In this document: positions 45,375 through 54,845 of the stretch, one piece after another
Layout: every line of letters begins with the position of its first letter
Numbering within the stretch: the stretch's first letter is position 1
Assembly: GCA_016930835.1 (NCBI GenBank)
Contig: JAFGGA010000136.1
Span: forward strand, 8,960 to 72,959
Reading direction: 5' to 3'
Origin: Deltaproteobacteria bacterium
Lineage (GTDB): Bacteria > Desulfobacterota > DSM-4660 > Desulfatiglandales > HGW-15
DNA length: 64,000 nt
Program-made: the position numbers and the translations under genes
The notes under the pieces: model-generated
The model's database searches: none
Told to the model about the DNA's origin: nothing
What the model saw: only the letters and a program-made list of their open reading frames with translations

Positions 45375-45836
45375 ATGATCCATAACACATTGAAGACCAG
45401 CGATATCCATCCTTTTTTACTCAAAAAAATGACTATCAGGCTGTCAACGAACATCGCAAAACGAGAATTTTTTGATAAACTTGCCAAGATAAGCGGGCAG
45501 AATATCCAGCAATGTTTTCAATGTGGAACCTGCACCGGTGCGTGTCCCATGTTGGATAAAATGGATACCAACCCCCGGAAAATCATGCGTATGGCCCAGG
45601 CGGGGATGTATGAGAAACTGGAAAATGTAAATACTTGCTGGGTTTGCGCCTCTTGTCATTCCTGCAACGTCATGTGCCCCAGAGGGGTTGACTTGCCAAA
45701 GATTATGGAGGCGTTAAGGCAAATGAGACTCCGTAAAAATCAAAACATGATTGAACCTTCCCGCTTACCTGTCGAAACCATTAAAGAATGTCCACAGATC
45801 GCCATGGTGGCCGGATTTCGGAAATTAACGAGTTAA
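45375..45836 (+). CDS. HdrC-like 4Fe-4S dicluster protein
   Basis: 153 aa. CFQCGTCTGACP and CWVCASCHSCNVMCPRGV cluster motifs. Confidence 0.8.
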   Translation: MIHNTLKTSDIHPFLLKKMTIRLSTNIAKREFFDKLAKISGQNIQQCFQCGTCTGACPMLDKMDTNPRKIMRMAQAGMYEKLENVNTCWVCASCHSCNVMCPRGVDLPKIMEALRQMRLRKNQNMIEPSRLPVETIKECPQIAMVAGFRKLTS

Positions 45837-45843
45837 CCACAAC

Positions 45844-46150
45844 ATGAAGATGATCTACTACCCGGGGTGGACACTCAAGACAAAGTTTCGTAATCTTGGT
45901 GATACGGCTATTGCCGCCATGGCCAGGTTGGGTGTTGATTTGGAAGAGCTCTCCCGCTGGAATTGCTAAGGCATTGGGCGCGGATGCGGTTTCATTATCA
46001 ACCGCTGATCTTTGCTGCGGGTCCTATCAGACACTTGGGAATCTTGTCCACCCGGCTTATCAACAGGAGGAACGGCGTACCCTTAGGGTCGGGCCTAACA
46101 AAGGTGAGTTTTTTCAGAAAGTAGTGGCCGCGTTATTGGAATCACATTCC
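45844..46150 (+). pseudogene. HdrB-like (CCG-domain) gene, truncated and internally deleted
   Basis: MKMIYYPGWTLKTKFRNLGDTAIAAMARLGVDLEELSRWNC-stop matches an HdrB N-terminus ending at the WNCCG motif. Another frame continues KALGADAVSLSTADLCCGSYQ (second CCG motif). The roughly 200 aa in between are missing. Confidence 0.7.
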
Positions 46151-46918
46151 ATGAGACGGCCTGAAAAAGTGGATCTGTCAAACCCTGAATATGATACCGA
46201 TGTCCTCATTATCGGCGGCGGCGCAGGGGCTTCCGCGGCCTTAGCGGCATCGGATGGCGGCGCCAATGTGATCATAACCACAAAATTTCGACATGGCGAT
46301 GCCAATACCATTATGGCGCCACCATGGACGGTGTTAACCTGGCTTTCAGGACCGGGGTAGGGGAATAAATATCTATATTCCACTTAATATCATCCCACTG
46401 GCGCGGTTTATCCGGAGCAAAATGTCGGGCTCCTTATTACCGGGAAGGTTCAAGGTCTGGGTGCCCATGTATTGAATGTCGATGGTGAACAGTTTTGTTT
46501 TCCATTGGAGCTCAGGGATGTTGAATCCGAATTAGTCAAGAACCATTACTGGTCTATCCGACCCTTTATGATCAAAACGGCGGCATCAACATTGATGCCG
46601 AAACTCGAACAAACATTTCGGGACTATACGGTGCCGGGAAGTGGTGGGTGGTATCCACGCCGCGAGAATCGCATGATGGGTAACAGCCTTCAAGATATTA
46701 TTACCTTCGGGCACCACGCGGGCAAAAATGCGGCCGAGTATATGAATAAGGGTGTGGACCTGAAAAAGCCGACCTTCGGTCATGTAATCCGTTTTGAGAG
46801 TGAACTCAAGGAGTCCGGAGTTGAAAATCCTGTCACCGCCCCGATTCTTCTTCCCGATTATTCAACTGAAGAAGTGATTTCCAAGCGATGGATGGAGGGG
46901 CTCATGGAAAATGAATAA
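46151..46918 (+). pseudogene. FAD flavoprotein (SdhA/FrdA/TfrA-like), multiply frameshifted and deleted
   Basis: Fragments in three frames: DVLIIGGGAGASAALAASDGGANVIITTK (FAD fold), GAHVLNVDGEQFCFPLELRDVES, GGINIDAETRTNISGLYGAGEVVGGIHAA, MGNSLQDIITFGHHAGKNAAEY. Total length is far below the ~550-600 aa of intact homologs. Confidence 0.75.
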
Positions 46919-46930
46919 AGGAGGCAAAAT

Positions 46931-47656
46931 ATGCAAAAGGTATTGGATGGGATCTATTTTATTTCCGGCCAGGATGAGATGATCCCGGATGCCCATGTTT
47001 ATATTATCGGGAAGCCGGAATCAGAAGACCTGTCTATGATAGACGCGGGACTTATGGGAAAGGCCGGTTATAAAATCAATGCGATTCAGGAACTTGGTAT
47101 TCAGTTAGAAGATATCCAGCGTGTCATCATGACCCATACACACCTGGACCATATAGGTTGTCTTGCTGAAATGAGAGAAAAAATGCCTTGGGCCGAATTG
47201 TGGGTCCAAACGGTTGAGGCCGAACCTTTGGAGCACGGGGATGAGCGGACCGTTTATGGAATGGATATGTTTAAAAGTATGTGTCAAATGCAATATGGCC
47301 TAAAAGACGGGGCCTTCACCTTTCAGGTTGATCAAAAATTAATTGGAAATGAACAATTGGAGATCGGTGGAATGATATGGGAGGTGATGCATGTTCCCGG
47401 CCACTCTGCCGGGAGCATCGCTCTTTACGATCCGGAGAGAAAAGTTCTTATCCCCGGCGATGTGGTCTATGCGGATTATGCCATCGGCCGATTTGATCTT
47501 TATGGAGCGAATCCTCATCATCACAGGGAATCATTGCTGAGGCTCGCAGACCTGGATGTAGATATCCTGCTACCCGGACATAACCAAATATTGGAGCGGG
47601 TCCCGAGGGGATATCTAAGGGAGACGGTCGAACGATGGGAGGCTTATTTGGTTTGA
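46931..47656 (+). CDS. MBL-fold metallo-hydrolase
   Basis: 241 aa. THTHLDHIG motif, later HVPGHS and D/H ligands. AAGGAGG SD. Confidence 0.9.
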   Translation: MQKVLDGIYFISGQDEMIPDAHVYIIGKPESEDLSMIDAGLMGKAGYKINAIQELGIQLEDIQRVIMTHTHLDHIGCLAEMREKMPWAELWVQTVEAEPLEHGDERTVYGMDMFKSMCQMQYGLKDGAFTFQVDQKLIGNEQLEIGGMIWEVMHVPGHSAGSIALYDPERKVLIPGDVVYADYAIGRFDLYGANPHHHRESLLRLADLDVDILLPGHNQILERVPRGYLRETVERWEAYLV

Positions 47657-47684
47657 AATCGAATTCTTTACAAAGGAAAATACC

Positions 47685-48185
47685 ATGAAAAATGTGGATT
47701 ATATGCAAGTCGCTGAAAAAGCGATCACTCAAATAAGGAAAGGGGCCTTTTTAACGGTGAAATCCGGTGATTTCTTGAATACCATGACCATTGGTTGGGC
47801 AACCGTGGGGTTTATTTGGCGAAAACCCATCTTCATGGTCGCCGTCAGGAACTCGCGATATACATTCGGGATTATTGAAAAAGCTGCAGATTTTACCGTA
47901 TCCGTGCCATCAACGGATATTCATGAAGCAATCCATTTTTGCGGTACCCAGTCAGGCCGGGATGTGGATAAATTTAAGGAATGTGATCTTCATACCATTG
48001 ATAGCCGTAAGGCAAGTTCTCCCATTATCAATACGCCAGGGCTGCATTTTGAATGCAGAATCGTTTTTAAAGCGCCCATGGACCCAGAATATTTTATTGC
48101 GGAATATGATGAGGAACTATACCCGCAAAAGGATTATCATACATTATATTTTGGTGAAATATTGGCCTGCTACGAGATAGAATAA
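47685..48185 (+). CDS. Flavin reductase-like (FMN-binding split-barrel) protein
   Basis: 166 aa. NTMTIGWATVG...MVAVRNSRYTFGII pattern. Confidence 0.8.
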   Translation: MKNVDYMQVAEKAITQIRKGAFLTVKSGDFLNTMTIGWATVGFIWRKPIFMVAVRNSRYTFGIIEKAADFTVSVPSTDIHEAIHFCGTQSGRDVDKFKECDLHTIDSRKASSPIINTPGLHFECRIVFKAPMDPEYFIAEYDEELYPQKDYHTLYFGEILACYEIE

Positions 48186-48188
48186 TCA

Positions 48189-51100
48189 TCAAAAATTTAC
48201 TGTTGTTTTAAGACTAATGTAGATCTGGAGTTTACTTGTATCCTCTTCATCATCTTGTCCAGCTCGCGTTCTATCTTCATAGTCAAAGGCATAAGCCATA
48301 CCAATTCCCGGGGCCACAGGCAGAAAGCGAAACAAGGTGGTGGACAGGTTGACTTCCACACCGGCCGCATCGATCCACTCATTCTTCGCACTGGCCATCC
48401 CACCCTTTGCCTTGCCACCTTCATAGAAAACCTCCCCAAAAATTTGGTGGAGATAAAATGGACTGGTGGCGTTGATATTCTTATATCGTTGAAAGATGGT
48501 GAATCTATAGGCCACACCGCCCTTTTCAACCTCATCCCCAACCTGATAATTGGAAGGGTAGCCCCGGAGACCCACGTTTCGATTAAGTCCCTGATCCAGT
48601 GAAAGTGTGGGGAAATAACCGCCAAGCCCGAACAGGCCTTGCGCTGTTTCATCGCCACTGCCTTTACCATACACACCCTCCAATTTTAAGGTATGATTCT
48701 CGAACCATGGCATGCGAATATACTCATGCCAGTCTCCTCGAGTGCGTCTCCGGTTGATATCACTTCCCAGGCTTTCATCCGTCCATTCAAAGGTGGCCTT
48801 TATATAACGACCATCTTCATAGCTATGGCTTCGGCCAAAGGCTGTGGCATTGAAGAAATCAAATTGTGCCCAAAGAGAACCTTCTTGTCCTTCAAAAAGA
48901 TTGCGAGTGCGGATTGTTTTCGTTTCATATTCTTCTTGACTTTTTTTGATTACTGCCCGGTCTGACGCCTGATATCCAAAGGTCAGGGTGGATTGGCGGT
49001 CCACGCGCAACCAAGGCAAGGATACCGCCATACCGGCCGTGTCCACCTCCTCATCATAATGATAATAAATATGATCACTGTCTTGAATAAGATCGGTATA
49101 GTACTCAGGCAAGGTGGCACCATAAAGCGTCAATATGGGATAAAACCCTGAATATTGATAAACCAATGTACCGACGGGAGATCCGTAATGGCTTTCAGCT
49201 CCCCCCAAGACATATAGGTTTTGAAATTGTGTGGGATCCGAAAAAGCCGCGGAAAGCCCTCCCATGACCCCATCCCTGCTTGTGGTCATCCAGGGGGACC
49301 AGAAGTCCATACCTATATTGCGGAAGGAATGATAAGGTTTTGAAGGCGTCTTTTCCGGATCCGATTTTGATTTAAACCTCTCTATCACGGCCTGATTCGC
49401 TTCCAGGCTTTTCCAAGCCGTTTCAACGACGGGCAATGGCCCCATTGGTTGAAGTCTGCCATAGTCTAAGATCGTTAGATAATATCCATGAGAATCGTAT
49501 GCCACAGCGGTTATCAGTTTCCCATCCGGAGAAAAATCTGGACTGAATAAGCCACCTAAGGTGTGGGTTATGGCCATGGGTTCGGGATTTAATCCGAACG
49601 CCATTTGATAGAGATTATACACCCCGTTTTTATCCGATACAAAAATCAGATTACCATCTGATGGGTGAAAAACAGGGGATAAAATCATACAAGGCCACTG
49701 AAGCAGAATTTCATCGTTCCCTGATTTTTTACAAATTTTTCTAAGCTGAGATCCCTTTTCATCCGCCATTACGTAAACAATATATTCGCCGTCCGGTGAA
49801 TAGGCGGGATCCACTATTGTATGGTACCGCGGCGCCCCGACAAGCGTATCTTCAAACTGCTTTTTGCCTGCATTCTCAATGGCCACTTCTAGCAATGATT
49901 GGCTACCACCGATATTTTGAACGGCCGCCAGGTTTCTGCCGTCGGGGCTGATGGCTGGATAACGATATCGACCTTTTTTGGATATCAGGCGTGCTTGATC
50001 CTTATGTGTGTCGAGGCAATAAAGTTCGTTTCTGAGTTGGTCCCTTCCTTGTATATCCAATCGCGTATAGTAGATATCACGACGATCGGGTGACGAGGCA
50101 AGATCCGTAAAAAGGGGGATGGATGTCCGAATGGAGGACAATTTTGAAAGCCCTCTCGACTCCATATCATAACGAAATAAGGTATTGCGATCCGCCTCTT
50201 CCCAGCCGCTGAAGTAAATGGCTTTCCCGTCGAAGCCGAATTTGGGTTCAGTTACGATGAGCCGTTTGGGGGTAAATCGTTCGAGGTTGGTCGGGGTCCT
50301 TGTCAAAAGGGTTTCAACACGTCTATTTTGCCTGGATGTTTCCGCGTCCATGGCTTCACGCGCCAGTGTCTGGAAGGTCTTTCCGGTTGCTGCTACGGAA
50401 CGTTTATTGAATGCGAACATAAACGAGTGTGCGACCGAATTGGAAACATCCCCCGGGACGTTTTTTTCATATTCTTGGAAGCCGTATTGATCATGGATGT
50501 ACTGCATGACTTTCAACCCGTATAGATAAGCGGCATTTTCATAAGGCCATTCAGGCAATTCAAAAAACCAATCGTTTCCCCGCAGTAATCGGTTATCCGA
50601 AACGGCCATACGCAGGATCATGTCCACCCGGGTGCTACGTCCCCTCCCTGGACCGACGAATTCGGTTTCCGCCCATGTGGACAGGCCTTCCTTATACCAG
50701 GGAGGGGCTAGAAGACCTGGAGGTGCGGAAAGCAACATTAATACCAAAGACAGGGGGTCTCCACTTACGGGAAAGACACGACCGAAGATATCGGTCAGTG
50801 TTGCATCCGTACCATATTGGGCGTCCATACTCAAAATGTGGGTATATTCATGAAATATGGTTCGGCGCATGTAATCCCCCGGCTCATAGATGGTACTCTC
50901 GGGGGGGGCATCTGAGGCATAGAGCATAATCATAGGACGAGGATAAACCGTAGCCCAGCCGTTATGGATGTCTTGAACATCCGAATACATGATAACGGTC
51001 TTTTCTTTGGGGACCCAGTTAAATACCGGGGAAAGAATCGAGTGGGCGTCCTCACAACTTCGCATAATACTCGGTATCTGATCTTCCAGGGAGGTCTCAT

Positions 51101-51245
51101 AGATATAAATAAAATGAGCACTTTCCGTTTGCCTTAATGGGACATGTACCGGCATGACGTTCGAGGCTTGGGCATAGCCTCTTATGAAAGCACCTTGAAG
51201 AAAGGAAAAAAATATAAGGCCAAGAATCAATCTTTTCGTATACAT
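48189..51245 (-). CDS. Large secreted / outer-membrane protein: HExxH region + PD40 (TolB-like) beta-propeller repeats + C-terminal beta-barrel
   Basis: 1018 aa. Signal peptide. FHEYTHIL (HExxH). Repeated SPDG motifs (ISPDGRNLAAV, YSPDGEYIVYV, FSPDGKLITAV). C-terminal alternating-hydrophobic strands ending ...SLKTTVNF (terminal Phe). Confidence 0.8.
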   Translation of the reverse strand: MYTKRLILGLIFFSFLQGAFIRGYAQASNVMPVHVPLRQTESAHFIYIYETSLEDQIPSIMRSCEDAHSILSPVFNWVPKEKTVIMYSDVQDIHNGWATVYPRPMIMLYASDAPPESTIYEPGDYMRRTIFHEYTHILSMDAQYGTDATLTDIFGRVFPVSGDPLSLVLMLLSAPPGLLAPPWYKEGLSTWAETEFVGPGRGRSTRVDMILRMAVSDNRLLRGNDWFFELPEWPYENAAYLYGLKVMQYIHDQYGFQEYEKNVPGDVSNSVAHSFMFAFNKRSVAATGKTFQTLAREAMDAETSRQNRRVETLLTRTPTNLERFTPKRLIVTEPKFGFDGKAIYFSGWEEADRNTLFRYDMESRGLSKLSSIRTSIPLFTDLASSPDRRDIYYTRLDIQGRDQLRNELYCLDTHKDQARLISKKGRYRYPAISPDGRNLAAVQNIGGSQSLLEVAIENAGKKQFEDTLVGAPRYHTIVDPAYSPDGEYIVYVMADEKGSQLRKICKKSGNDEILLQWPCMILSPVFHPSDGNLIFVSDKNGVYNLYQMAFGLNPEPMAITHTLGGLFSPDFSPDGKLITAVAYDSHGYYLTILDYGRLQPMGPLPVVETAWKSLEANQAVIERFKSKSDPEKTPSKPYHSFRNIGMDFWSPWMTTSRDGVMGGLSAAFSDPTQFQNLYVLGGAESHYGSPVGTLVYQYSGFYPILTLYGATLPEYYTDLIQDSDHIYYHYDEEVDTAGMAVSLPWLRVDRQSTLTFGYQASDRAVIKKSQEEYETKTIRTRNLFEGQEGSLWAQFDFFNATAFGRSHSYEDGRYIKATFEWTDESLGSDINRRRTRGDWHEYIRMPWFENHTLKLEGVYGKGSGDETAQGLFGLGGYFPTLSLDQGLNRNVGLRGYPSNYQVGDEVEKGGVAYRFTIFQRYKNINATSPFYLHQIFGEVFYEGGKAKGGMASAKNEWIDAAGVEVNLSTTLFRFLPVAPGIGMAYAFDYEDRTRAGQDDEEDTSKLQIYISLKTTVNF

Positions 51246-51404
51246 AGAGTGTCCTTTTTGATCTGAAGCAAGGTTACTTTGTTACTTGTTTTACTCGTGT
51301 CCTATTTTTATGTCATCCCCAATAGGTTGGGATGTCATTCGACTATTCTTTCTTAAGACGGGACGCCCCCTGATAAGCGAGAATATAGGTAATTCCCGGG
51401 TAAT

Positions 51405-51444
51405 ATGTCAATGTCGAAACATCATACCCATTTCGAATTGACAT
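51405..51444. promoter_or_regulatory. 14-bp inverted repeat (operator candidate) in a divergent promoter region
   Basis: ATGTCAATGTCGAAA ... TTTCGAATTGACAT with an 11-nt spacer, between the divergent genes 48189..51245(-) and 51573..52340(+). Confidence 0.35.
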
Positions 51445-51572
51445 GATATGGCTGATAGGATACAACAAATACATTATGATATTGATAAATCAAAGATGGT
51501 CTCTATACCATCTGACATGACATTATTTTATTTTTTATATACATTGATTCTAAATGAGGAAGGAGAAAAATC

Positions 51573-52340
51573 ATGAAACCATTCATTTTAGCAACCATTT
51601 GTATAACCTATATATTTATTGCGAGCATGGTATCCGCCCAAGGAAAAACTTACGATGATGTCCGTTTGTTCCAGGCTTTTTTTAGAGATACACCCATTTC
51701 CTTAACACCCTATGGAGAGGCTATCGCAAGCTATGATGATTATGATCAAAGTTCAAGCTCTTTTATAGGGATTCAAGGGGGGTTCCCATTACTGGATAAA
51801 CTCGAAATAGGAACCAAGGTGGGAATGATATATTTGGACCCTGATAATCGGGGAAGTGAAACCGACTTGTCTGATTGCATGATCTCAGGCCGATATAATA
51901 TCTCAGAATACATGACTTTTTTACCCGATGGAACAAAGACATCGGCAGGCGCCTATGTCACCCTTCCGGTAGGCAGTGAGGATGTGGGGGAAGACAATAC
52001 CGATTATGGTGCCTTTGCCGCGATACGTCATCCCATTGCCAGGAATACAGCCTTAACGGGTGTGGTGGGATTCGACTGGCTTGAGACCGCTAATATAAGG
52101 GGAGAGAAAGATCGAGACTTTTCTCTCCTATTGGGTGTCGGCGCCATATATTCCTTTAGTGATCAAATCCATGTCGTCGGTGAAATCAATCACCGATCTG
52201 AAGATGATTATATGCTTCTTACCGGCGGTGTTGATTATGAATTAAAGATTGATCATCATCTGAGAACCGCTATCGGGGCCGGTCTGGATGACGGCGCGCC
52301 TGATTTTACCCTTACAGTGAGCTATTTAATTGGTTTTTAA
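51573..52340 (+). CDS. Outer-membrane beta-barrel protein (uncharacterised)
   Basis: 255 aa. Signal peptide, alternating beta-strand pattern, C-terminal YLIGF. GGAAGGAG SD. Confidence 0.7.
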   Translation: MKPFILATICITYIFIASMVSAQGKTYDDVRLFQAFFRDTPISLTPYGEAIASYDDYDQSSSSFIGIQGGFPLLDKLEIGTKVGMIYLDPDNRGSETDLSDCMISGRYNISEYMTFLPDGTKTSAGAYVTLPVGSEDVGEDNTDYGAFAAIRHPIARNTALTGVVGFDWLETANIRGEKDRDFSLLLGVGAIYSFSDQIHVVGEINHRSEDDYMLLTGGVDYELKIDHHLRTAIGAGLDDGAPDFTLTVSYLIGF

Positions 52341-52414
52341 ACCAGGGGGCGCATAGCCGACGGAAAAAGGGTTCCCTGATTTTCAGCGAACATCTGAACA
52401 GTGATGAGGGTTCT

Positions 52415-52882
52415 ATGTCGGATTTTGATCAAGACCTATCGGCCATGCTCCAAATTCTCGGGCAGATGCATGAAACTCTTGCATTTAACAAGGTACTCGG
52501 ATTAAGAATAGTCCACTTGAGACCGGACAGTACGGAATGCCGTTTCCCCATGAAGGATGAATTTATTGGAAATCCTATCCTGGGAATCCTGCATGGCGGG
52601 GTTATCTCAGCGGTGCTGGATGCCACGGGTGGTATAAATGCGAGTGTCTCAGCACTGGAAAGAATGAAAGACCTTTCAAAACAGGAGATCGGAGATCGAC
52701 TTTCCCGTATGGGGACCATCGACCTCCGTATCGATTATCTGAGACCAGGCAAGGGAAACCAATTTCGAGCCACCAGTGCGGTCATGCGAACAGGGAGAAA
52801 AGTCGCCGTGACGAGAATGGAGCTGAAGAACCAAGATGATGTGCTTATTGCGGTCGGCACGGGAGCCTATCTTATCGGGTAG
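52415..52882 (+). CDS. PaaI-family hotdog thioesterase
   Basis: 155 aa. GILHGGVISAVLDATGG motif. Confidence 0.85.
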   Translation: MSDFDQDLSAMLQILGQMHETLAFNKVLGLRIVHLRPDSTECRFPMKDEFIGNPILGILHGGVISAVLDATGGINASVSALERMKDLSKQEIGDRLSRMGTIDLRIDYLRPGKGNQFRATSAVMRTGRKVAVTRMELKNQDDVLIAVGTGAYLIG

Positions 52883-53435
52883 CAGGAAAACGATTTTCAG
52901 ATACAAATATTTTTCGTTTCTTTTTTTGACGCAGGTATGCCCGCAACACAATAATCAGGATGGGCAAAATGATAAAAACGATATCATCAAATCTTCCTAC
53001 TGAAAAATCCGGCATAAAATAGTAAGAGATTCCACCTAGCAGCAGGCTCACCCTGATAGCCCGTCCATATCCCATAAATGTAAATACCCTTATAAAGGTC
53101 ATGAACACAAATGACCAGAAGAAGAATAAAAAGAGATCGGCCAGATAACGGTATTTCGATGGGAAGAGTTGGGAAAAGGCAAGGAGCATTTTTTCAAAGG
53201 GCGTTGCTTTTTGACCCACTCGGATCTCCAGTACCTCCCTGATCGTCATTTGTTCATTGATATGCGTACACGAGGGGATTAAAAAATCAAGATTGATGAA
53301 GGCGTCATTTTTATGGAGGGCGTCGTTGGTCGCCCGAAAAGGAAGATTCAGGGCGTATTTCACCATCAGGCATCCGCTTAATAAAAAAATAATGAAAAGG
53401 GCCAGCAGAATGATCTGTTGGTACCATTTTTTCAT
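52872..53435 (-). CDS. Hypothetical membrane protein
   Basis: 187 aa, 4-5 predicted TM helices. 4-nt overlap with the upstream fabZ-like gene suggests co-translation. Confidence 0.6.
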   Translation of the reverse strand: MKKWYQQIILLALFIIFLLSGCLMVKYALNLPFRATNDALHKNDAFINLDFLIPSCTHINEQMTIREVLEIRVGQKATPFEKMLLAFSQLFPSKYRYLADLFLFFFWSFVFMTFIRVFTFMGYGRAIRVSLLLGGISYYFMPDFSVGRFDDIVFIILPILIIVLRAYLRQKKKRKIFVSENRFPATR

Positions 53436-53896
53436 CGTTTTTCCTCCTGGGCCAATGTTAGGGAACCTTTTGCTGTCTGGTGACCTTTGACAAAAGCGGT
53501 CACATCAAAAGAAAACAATCTTCCAAATGCCTTTCTGACGGCGGCTTGTAACCGGAGGGTGTCACCGGGTCCTGATGTGCTGATGAACTTGACATTCACA
53601 TTTGCCAGGAACATCTCTTTATCGGGTCGATAAAAGGGCTTTCTGCTTTGTCTCCAGGTGAGACCTAAAAGAAGACCACTTGCCTGGGCTAAGGCTTCAA
53701 CCACAAGGACCCCCGGCATAACGGGCCTGCCAGGGAAGTGGCCGGTGAAAAAAAAAGCGTCTGGAGTAAGATCTTTTTCCGCAATGATTCGTTTGCCGAA
53801 TTCGATTTCCAACACTCGATCGACAAACAAAAATGGTGAGCGATGAGGAAGTATGTCTTGAATGACTGAAAGATTATATTCCGGGCGCGGGGCCAT
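53432..53896 (-). CDS. FabZ/FabA-like 3-hydroxyacyl-ACP dehydratase
   Basis: 154 aa. LPHRSPFLFVDRV and GHFPGRPVMPGVLVVEALAQ. Confidence 0.88.
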   Translation of the reverse strand: MAPRPEYNLSVIQDILPHRSPFLFVDRVLEIEFGKRIIAEKDLTPDAFFFTGHFPGRPVMPGVLVVEALAQASGLLLGLTWRQSRKPFYRPDKEMFLANVNVKFISTSGPGDTLRLQAAVRKAFGRLFSFDVTAFVKGHQTAKGSLTLAQEEKR

Positions 53897-53910
53897 TGAA
53901 AAGATCCCTT

Positions 53911-54822
53911 TTATTTCTCAAGAACATTCATTAATCTATCTTTATTGGAAATATTATGGATCTGAATGTTTCGATCGATCCAGCGAACAGTTCTGGATAT
54001 TACGGCTCCAGGTCCTACTTCATATAGAAATCCATTCATGCCATTAGCAAGTTGCGTGATGAGGTCCGACCAAAATACCGGGTGGCTTAATTGAATGGCC
54101 AGGGCCTGTTTCAGGGCTTTTTCTTCTTTGATCGGATCAAGAGAGCTATATGAAATCAAACGAATTTGAGGGTCATTGAACGCCTTTTCTTGAAGCATAT
54201 CTAAGAAGCGATTTGTTGCTTCCGCCATATATCTTGAGTGATACGCCGTGGAAACCGGTAAAAAATAGGTGTCCAAGGCATCTTGTTCAAGGGACATATC
54301 CAATGCCTTTTTCACTGAAGTCCAGAGACCTGAAATGACCGTTTGACGCGGTGTATTCATGATGGCTAGATCCACATCGCCGATCTGGCGGCATATCTTT
54401 CCGACCTTTTCAGCAGAAATTCCAAAAATAACAGCCATGCTGCCGTCAATCTTTTTCCCTTCATCCAGAAGGATCTCCCCTGCCTGTTTGACGATATCAA
54501 GGCCGATCATGAAATCATAACACCCTGCCGCATAGGCCGCCGCGTAAAAACCGGAACTATACCCTGAAGCGCAATCGGGCAGGATCTTGTTTTTTTTCAA
54601 CAAGTCACATAGGATGCAGCTAACAGTATAAATGGCCAATTGAGCGTTAAGATCACTGTTAAGATCCTCTTCAGGGCCTTCAAAACATAGCCGACTCAGG
54701 GAAAATTCCAATGCTTGGTCTGCTTGCTCAAATAAGTCCCTGGCTTCCGGATAGGTTTCATATAAATCCAACCCCATACCTACATGCTGGGATCCTTGGC
54801 CGGGACATAAGAAAGTATTCAT
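53911..54822 (-). CDS. FabD-like acyltransferase (malonyl-CoA:ACP transacylase family, atypical nucleophile elbow)
   Basis: 303 aa. FLCPGQGSQHVGMG. The elbow is GYSSGFY instead of the usual GHSLGEY. A Q/H-containing C-terminal half is present. Confidence 0.75.
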   Translation of the reverse strand: MNTFLCPGQGSQHVGMGLDLYETYPEARDLFEQADQALEFSLSRLCFEGPEEDLNSDLNAQLAIYTVSCILCDLLKKNKILPDCASGYSSGFYAAAYAAGCYDFMIGLDIVKQAGEILLDEGKKIDGSMAVIFGISAEKVGKICRQIGDVDLAIMNTPRQTVISGLWTSVKKALDMSLEQDALDTYFLPVSTAYHSRYMAEATNRFLDMLQEKAFNDPQIRLISYSSLDPIKEEKALKQALAIQLSHPVFWSDLITQLANGMNGFLYEVGPGAVISRTVRWIDRNIQIHNISNKDRLMNVLEK

Positions 54823-54845
54823 ATGGTAGAAATGATCCTTATCAA

